From positions 27,780 to 91,779 of the forward strand of contig CAXHJY010000286.1 in NCBI GenBank assembly GCA_964016885.1: 64,000 bases of DNA, written 5' to 3'. A model generated the notes under the pieces. That model ran no database searches. It was not told the origin of the DNA and saw only the letters and a program-made list of their open reading frames with translations. The stretch is from Eledone cirrhosa (Eukaryota). Shown piece by piece: positions 56,457 through 64,000 of the stretch. The position numbers and the translations under genes were made by a program. How positions within the stretch are numbered: position 1 is the stretch's first letter; each line of letters opens with the position of its first letter.

Positions 56457-59400
56457 GTTAATTACATACCATACAAGCAATAACAAATCCAAGACATTGA
56501 AGAATGAAGGTAATAATAGACGATAGAGGATAAGAATAAAAATAAAAATAAAAGTAAAAATAAAAATAAAAGTAAAAATAAAATAAAAATAAGGGGTGCT
56601 ATCAGTCACAGTTGGGCGGTGTGCTGTCAACATATAGTTACATACAAGCATACACATGGATAAGAGAACAGACAAGAGTAGACACATGGATAAGAGAACA
56701 GACAAGAGTAGATAAGATAATGGGATTAGGTAAGAGTAGGTAAAAAATAGGTAAAAAACAGACTTATAATATATATAAAAGAAATACAAAGAAATACATA
56801 ACAAACTTACATATAAAATATAAAATATAGGGTAAGGAATGAGATAAAATAATATAAAATTAAAATTAAAAATTATATACATAGAACATATATAGTATAA
56901 TCGTAAAATAAGATAAAATAAGGTAAACTAAAATCAAATAACATAGACTAAATTAAAATAATATAATATAAGATATAATTAAAATCAAATGTATAATTAT
57001 ATGTATAATTAAATCTAATTAAATGTAATTAAATAAATAATAAATAAATAAAAATTAAATAAATAATAAATTAAATTTAAATTTTAAAATTTTAAAATTA
57101 AAATCTAATTTAAATATAAATAAATAAATAAATAAATAAATAAATGGAGTCAAGTAAGTAAATAAATAAAATTAGATAACATGAAATGAAATAAAATAAA
57201 ATGAAATAAAGTAAATTGAGATAAGATATATATTTTTTTAGAATATATCTCTTGAATATATCAGGGGCCCACGAAGGCACTAAATGTCACAGTTATGTGT
57301 ATCACTTGACCAATTTTTTAAAATATATTTCTTGAAAACATCAGGGGCCCACGAAGGCACTAAGTGTCACAGTCACCAGTATCACTTGACCATTGCAAGG
57401 CAATGGAGGCGTCCCAGGTTGGGGCAGTCTCGAAAGTTCACTCGAAAGTCATGGGTGTGCATTCACACAGTTGAGCGGTGGGGTAATCACAAACCGGTTC
57501 ACACACCAATTTTTAAAATATATTTCTTGAAAACATCAGGGGCCCACGAAGGCACTAAGTGTCACAGTCACCAGTATCACTTGACCATTGCAAGGCAATG
57601 GAGGCGTCCCAGGTTAGGCAGTCTCGAAAGTTCACTCGAAAGTCATGGGTGTGCATTCACACAGTTGAGCGGTGGGTAATCACAAACCGGTTTCACACAC
57701 GGGCAGGAGTCAAATGGTCAGAGAGGTGCATCAAAGGAGGTAGAAGAATTCACATGCATTAGCAAGCGAGGTGAGGTTAAAGCAAGCAGACACAGTTGTA
57801 GCGCATACAAAATATATATAAAAAGACAGAAGATATATAAAAAAAATAGCTTCAAGAGCCATTAAGTCGTATTTAATATCGGCTTTGACCCGGGTGTCCT
57901 ACGCTGTGTGTGTGTGCGTGTGTGCCCGTGTATACATTTATATGTGTATGGGTGTAGGTGGTTATATGTGTCTGTGTGTATATATAAAAATATATATATA
58001 TATATATATATGTATACCGTCTCTGCATATGCATGTGGTGTGTATACGTGCATATACGTGCTGAACATATTGATGTGTACAATCTTGTGATGTCCCAATG
58101 CGGTGACTTAATGGCTCTTGAAGCTATTTTTTTTATATATCTTCTGTCTTTTGATATATATTTTGTATGCGCTACAACTGTGTCCTGAATTCTTCTACCT
58201 CCTTTGATGCACCTCTCTGACCATTTGACTCCTGCCCGTGTGTGAACCGGTTTGTGATTACCCCACCGCTCAACTGTGTGAATGCACACCCATGACTTTC
58301 GAGTGAACTTTCGAGACTGCCTAACCTGGACGCCTCCATTGCCTTGCAATGGTCAAGTGATACTGGTGACTGTGACACTTAGTGCCTTCGTGGGCCCCTG
58401 ATGTTTTCAAGAAATATATTTTAAAAATTGGTGTGTGAACCGGTTTGTGATTACCCCACCGCTCAACTGTGTGAATGCACACCCATGACTTTCGAGTGAA
58501 CTTTCGAGACTGCCCAACCTGGGACGCCTCCATTGCCTTGCAATGGTCAAGTGATACTGGTGACTGTGACACTTAGTGCCTTCGTGGGCCCCTGATGTTT
58601 TCAAGAAATATATTTTAAAAAATTGGTCAAGTGATACACATAACTGTGACATTTAGTGCCTTCGTGGGCCCCTGATATATTCAAGAGATATATTCTAAAA
58701 AATATATATCTTATCTCAATTTACTTTATTTCATTTTATTTTATTTCATTTCATGTTATCTAATTTTATTTATTTACTTACTTGACTCCATTTATTTATT
58801 TATTTATTTATTTATTTATATTTAAATTTAGATTTTAATTTTAAAATTTAAAATTTAAATTTAAATTTTATTTATTTATTTAATTTTTATTTATTTATTT
58901 ATTTATTTAATTACATTTAATTAGATTTAATTATACATATAATTATACATTTGATTTTAATTATATCTTATATTATATTATTTTAATTTAGTCTATGTTA
59001 TTTGATTTTAGTTTACCTTATTTTATCTTATTTTACGATTATACTATATTATGTTCTATGTATATAATTTTTAATTTTTAATTTTATATTATTTTATCTC
59101 ATTCCTTACCCTATATTTTTATATTTTATATGTAAGTTTGTTATGTATTTCTTTGTATTTCTTTTTATATATATTATAAGTCTGTTTTTTACCTATTTTT
59201 TACCTACTCTTACCTAATCCCATTATCTTATCTACTCTTGTCTGTTCTCTTATCCATGTGTCTACTCTTGTCTGTTCTCTTATCCATGTGTATGCTTGTA
59301 TGTAACTATATGTTGACAGCACACCGCCCAACTGTGACTGATAGCACCCCTTATTTTTATTTTTATTTTTACTTTTATTTTTATTTTTACTTTTATTTTT

Positions 59401-59488
59401 ATTTTTATTCTTATCCTCTATCGTCTATTATTACCTTTCATTCTTCAATGTCTTGGATTTGTTATTGCTTGTATGGTATGTAATTAAC

Positions 59489-59545
59489 CTTTATGCTCTG
59501 ATGAGTCCCATTATAGTGCGGATGAAACAATGTTAGCAAGTAAAG
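59489..59545 (+). ncRNA. Minimal type I hammerhead ribozyme motif (family H3)
   Basis: Stem I CTTTA-TGCT / AGCA-(AG)-TAAAG; core CTGATGA; stem II GTCC/GGAT; GAAA; near-palindromic stem III ACAATGT; GUU triplet (suboptimal). Confidence 0.65.
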
Positions 59546-59682
59546 ATATGCATATGCTATAAGCGTTCTTTGTTATTTATTTATTATATTACGGCTCTGT
59601 CCTCAGACATTGAGCTAACCTCATACTGCCTGCTGGATAAGTGGAGTGTTATACACCCCTGATACTTTCCCTAGCATACTAT

Positions 59683-59865
59683 ATATATATATAATATTAT
59701 ATATATATATTATATATATATTATATATATATATATTATATATATATTATATATATATATATTATATATATATTATATATTATATATATATTATATATAT
59801 ATTATATATTATATATATATTATATATATATATATTATATATATATTATATTATTATATATATAT

Positions 59866-59896
<31 letters not shown>

Positions 59897-59937
59897 ATAT
59901 ATATATATATTATATATATAATATATTATATATATAT

Positions 59938-59968
<31 letters not shown>

Positions 59969-60118
59969 ATATATATATATATATTATATATTATATATAT
60001 ATATATATTATATATATATATTATATATATATATTATATATATATATATTATATATATTATTATATATATATTATATATATATATATTATATATATATTA
60101 TTTATATATATATATATC

Positions 60119-60156
<38 letters not shown>

Positions 60157-60343
60157 ATATATTATATATATATATATATTATATATATATATATTATATA
60201 TATATATATTATATATATATATATATTATATATACATATATATTATATATATATATATATTATATATATATATATTATATATATATATATTATATATATA
60301 TATATATTATATATACATATATATATATTATATATATATTATA

Positions 60344-60392
<49 letters not shown>

Positions 60393-60887
60393 ATATATTA
60401 TATATATATTATATATATATTATAATATATATTATATATATATTATATATATATATTAATATATTATATATATATATATTATATATATATTATATATATA
60501 TATTATATATATTATATATATATAATATTATATATATATATATTATATATATTATATATATATAATTATATATAATTATATATATATATATATTATATAT
60601 ATATATTATATATATATATTATATATATTATATATATATATATTATATATATTATATATATATATATTATATATATATATAATATATATATATTATATAT
60701 ATTATATATATATATATTATATATATTATATATATATATATTATATATATATATAATATATATATATTATATATATATTATATATATATATTATATATAT
60801 TATATATATATATAATATATATATATTATATATATTATATATATATATAATATATATATATTATATATATATTATATATATATATAT

Positions 60888-60921
<34 letters not shown>

Positions 60922-61566
60922 ATATTATATATATATATATATTATTATATATATATATTATATATATATATATTATATATATATATATATTATATATATA
61001 TATATTATATATATATATTATATATATATATATTATATATATATATATTATATATATATTACATTATATATATATATGTATATATTATATATGTATATAT
61101 TATATATATATATATATATATGTATATATTATATATATATATATTATATATATATATATTATATATATATATTATATATATATATATTATATATATATAT
61201 ATATATATACATATATATTATATATATATATATATAATATATATATATATATATACATATATATATTATATATATGATATATATATATATAATATATATA
61301 TATACATATATATATTATATATATGATATATATATATATAATATATATATATATATATACATATATATTATATATATATATATATATATTATATATATTA
61401 TATATATAATTATATATATATATATATTATATATATATTATATATATTATATATTATATTATATATATATATTATATATTATATATATATATTATATATA
61501 TATATCTATTATATTATATATTATTTATATATATTATTATATATATATATATATATTATATATATA

Positions 61567-61608
<42 letters not shown>

Positions 61609-61726
61609 AATATATATATTTATATATATATATATATTATATAAATATATATATATTATATATATATATTATATATATATATATATTATATATATATATT
61701 ATATATATATATATTATATATATATA

Positions 61727-61791
<65 letters not shown>

Positions 61792-62333
61792 ATATATTAT
61801 ATATATATATATATTATATAAATATATATATTATATTTATATATATATATTATATATATATATTATATATATATATTATATATATATATTATTTTTTTAT
61901 ACATATTATATAATATATATATATTATATATATATATATTATATATATATTATATATATATATATTATATATATATTATATATATATATATTATATATAT
62001 ATATTAAATATATTAATATTATATATATTAATATTATATATATTAATATTATATTATATATAATTATATATATATATTATATATATATATTATATATATT
62101 AATATTATATATATTAATATTATATATATTAATATTATATATATATATATATTATATATATTATATATATATTATATTAATATTATATATATATATATTA
62201 TATATATATATATTATATATATATATTATTATATATATATATTATATATATTAATATTATATATATTAATATTATATATAATATATTATATATATATATA
62301 TATTATATATATATATATTATAAATATATATAG

Positions 62334-62365
<32 letters not shown>

Positions 62366-62619
62366 ATATTATATATATTATAAATATATATAGTATATAT
62401 ATATATATATATATATTAATATATATATAGTATATATATATATAGTATATATATATATAGTATATATATATATAGTATATATATATATATTATATATATA
62501 TATATATTATATATATATTAATATATATATATATATATATATATTAATATAATATATATATATTATATATATATATATATTATATATATATTATATATAT
62601 ATATATTATATATATATAT

Positions 62620-62654
<35 letters not shown>

Positions 62655-62709
62655 ATATATATATATATTATATATATATATATTATATATATTATATATA
62701 TATATATAT

Positions 62710-62741
<32 letters not shown>

Positions 62742-62806
62742 ATATATTATATATATATATATATATTATATATTATATATATATTATATTATATATATAT
62801 ATATAT

Positions 62807-62869
<63 letters not shown>
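59683..62869. repeat. Giant degenerate (TA)n tract
   Basis: About 3.2 kb of TATATATTA-type repeats. Confidence 0.97.
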
Positions 62870-62872
<3 letters not shown>

Positions 62873-62973
62873 TATAGACATAGAATAATTCGAAAAATGT
62901 TCTGTATGTTTTATAATAAACATTTTGAAGACCTAATCGCTATAGAATAGAATACGTCACGTATTACAATTAG

Positions 62974-63061
62974 ATTCTCGATAAAAGCAAGGGAAGTAAT
63001 CTACGCGTTTCATTCTCGTTAGAATCATCAGGACTACATATCCAGTGCTTTTATCGAGAAT
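62974..63061 (-). ncRNA. Type I hammerhead ribozyme motif (family H4), unit 1
   Basis: Minus strand: GTAGTC CTGATGA TTCTAACGAGAAT GAAA CGC GTA GATTAC, enclosed by a 16-bp helix ATTCTCGATAAAAGCA/TGCTTTTATCGAGAAT. Confidence 0.8.
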
Positions 63062-63280
63062 GACACAGCTAGAGACTTATAGAATACTTAGCTGTGTACA
63101 GGAACTGTTGAAAGAGCGGTTGCCGGTCCGGCAGAAATTAGAAATTGGAATAAATGCTCTGAAATAGCGATATATATGTGAATATAGACATAGAATATTC
63201 GAAAATATTCTGTATGTTTATAATAAACATTTTGAAGACCTAATCGCTATAGAATAGAATACGTCACGTATTACAATTAG

Positions 63281-63370
63281 ATTCTCGATAAAAGCAAGGG
63301 AAGTAATCTACGCGTTTCATTCTCGTTTAGAAATCATCAGGACTACATATCCAGTGCTTTTATCGAGAAT
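63281..63370 (-). ncRNA. Type I hammerhead ribozyme motif (family H4), unit 2
   Basis: Same motif, with stem II region TTTCTAAACGAGAAT. Confidence 0.8.
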
Positions 63371-63650
63371 GACACAGCTAGAGACTTATTGAATACTTAG
63401 CTGTGTACAGGAACTGGTTTGAAAGAGCGGTTGCCGGCCGGCAGAAATTAGAAATTGGAATAAATGCTCTGAAATAGCGATATATATGTGAAGTATAGAC
63501 ATAGAATATCGAAATATTCTGTATGTTTATAATAAACATTTTGAAGACCTAATCGCTATAGAATAGAATACGTTCTGCCGGACCGGCAACCGCTCTTTCA
63601 AACCAGTTCCTGTACACAGCTAAGTATTCTATAAGTCTCTAGCTGTGTCA

Positions 63651-63738
63651 ATCTCGATAAAAGCACTGGATATGTAGTCCTGATGATTTCTAACGAGAAT
63701 GAAACGCGTAGATTACTTCCCTTGCTTTTATCGAGAAT
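63651..63738 (+). ncRNA. Type I hammerhead ribozyme motif (family H4), inverted unit
   Basis: GTAGTC (63674-79), CTGATGA (63680-86), T-TTCT-AACG-AGAA-T, GAAA, palindromic ACGCGT stem III, GUA triplet (cut after 63710), GATTAC. A further partial copy starts at ~63961. Confidence 0.83.
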
Positions 63739-64000
63739 CTAATTGTAATACGTGACGTATTCTATTCTATAGCGATTAGGTCTTCAAAATGTTTATTATA
63801 AACATACAGAATATTTTCGAATATTCTATGTCCTATATTCACATATATATCGCTATTTCAGAGCATTTATTCAATTTCTAATTTTCGCCGGACCGGCAAC
63901 CGCTCTTTCAAACCAGTTCCTGTACACAGCTAAGTATTCTATAAGTCTCTAGCTGTGTCCATTCTCGATAAAAGCACTGGATATGTAGTCCTGATGATTT

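Larger units (their letters stand above)
56261..59682. repeat. Large inverted duplication: ~1.6-kb arms (56261-57868 / 58105-59682) and a ~236-bp spacer
   Basis: The arms are reverse complements with few indels; one ~37-bp extra segment lies at ~57751-57789. Each arm has an internal ~196-bp tandem duplication and a hammerhead motif. Confidence 0.95.
62870..64000. mobile_element. Retrozyme-like tandem array of ~310-bp hammerhead-containing units with an internal inversion at ~63573
   Basis: Units start at 62870, 63180 and 63490. From 63574 the same unit runs in reverse orientation off the window end. One HHR per complete unit and no ORF. Confidence 0.85.

Overview
This is eukaryotic, very AT-rich, repeat-saturated DNA. 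The (TA)n/(CA)n load and tRNA-derived SINE style resemble octopus/cephalopod DNA (inference). I could not identify a host protein-coding gene, and most long ORFs in the track are translations of simple repeats. Recognisable elements: a frameshifted Helitron Rep-PIF1 helicase (12170-16063), a complete non-autonomous Helitron (23183-24001), a 5'-truncated Penelope-like RT + GIY-YIG element (28396-30020), a full-length Tx1/L1-type LINE inside a (GACA)n microsatellite (31314-36502), RTE-like remnants, a truncated Tc1/mariner, MITEs, many SINE copies and several minisatellites. The most notable signal is non-coding: at least four unrelated sequence families carry minimal type I hammerhead ribozyme (HHR) motifs with short, (near-)palindromic stem III. 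One is a ~310-bp tandem retrozyme-like array (62870-64000). Three of the four families form divergent inverted duplications whose outer ends lie at or near (TA)n-rich tracts. All ribozyme calls come from manual motif and base-pair inspection; no activity was tested.
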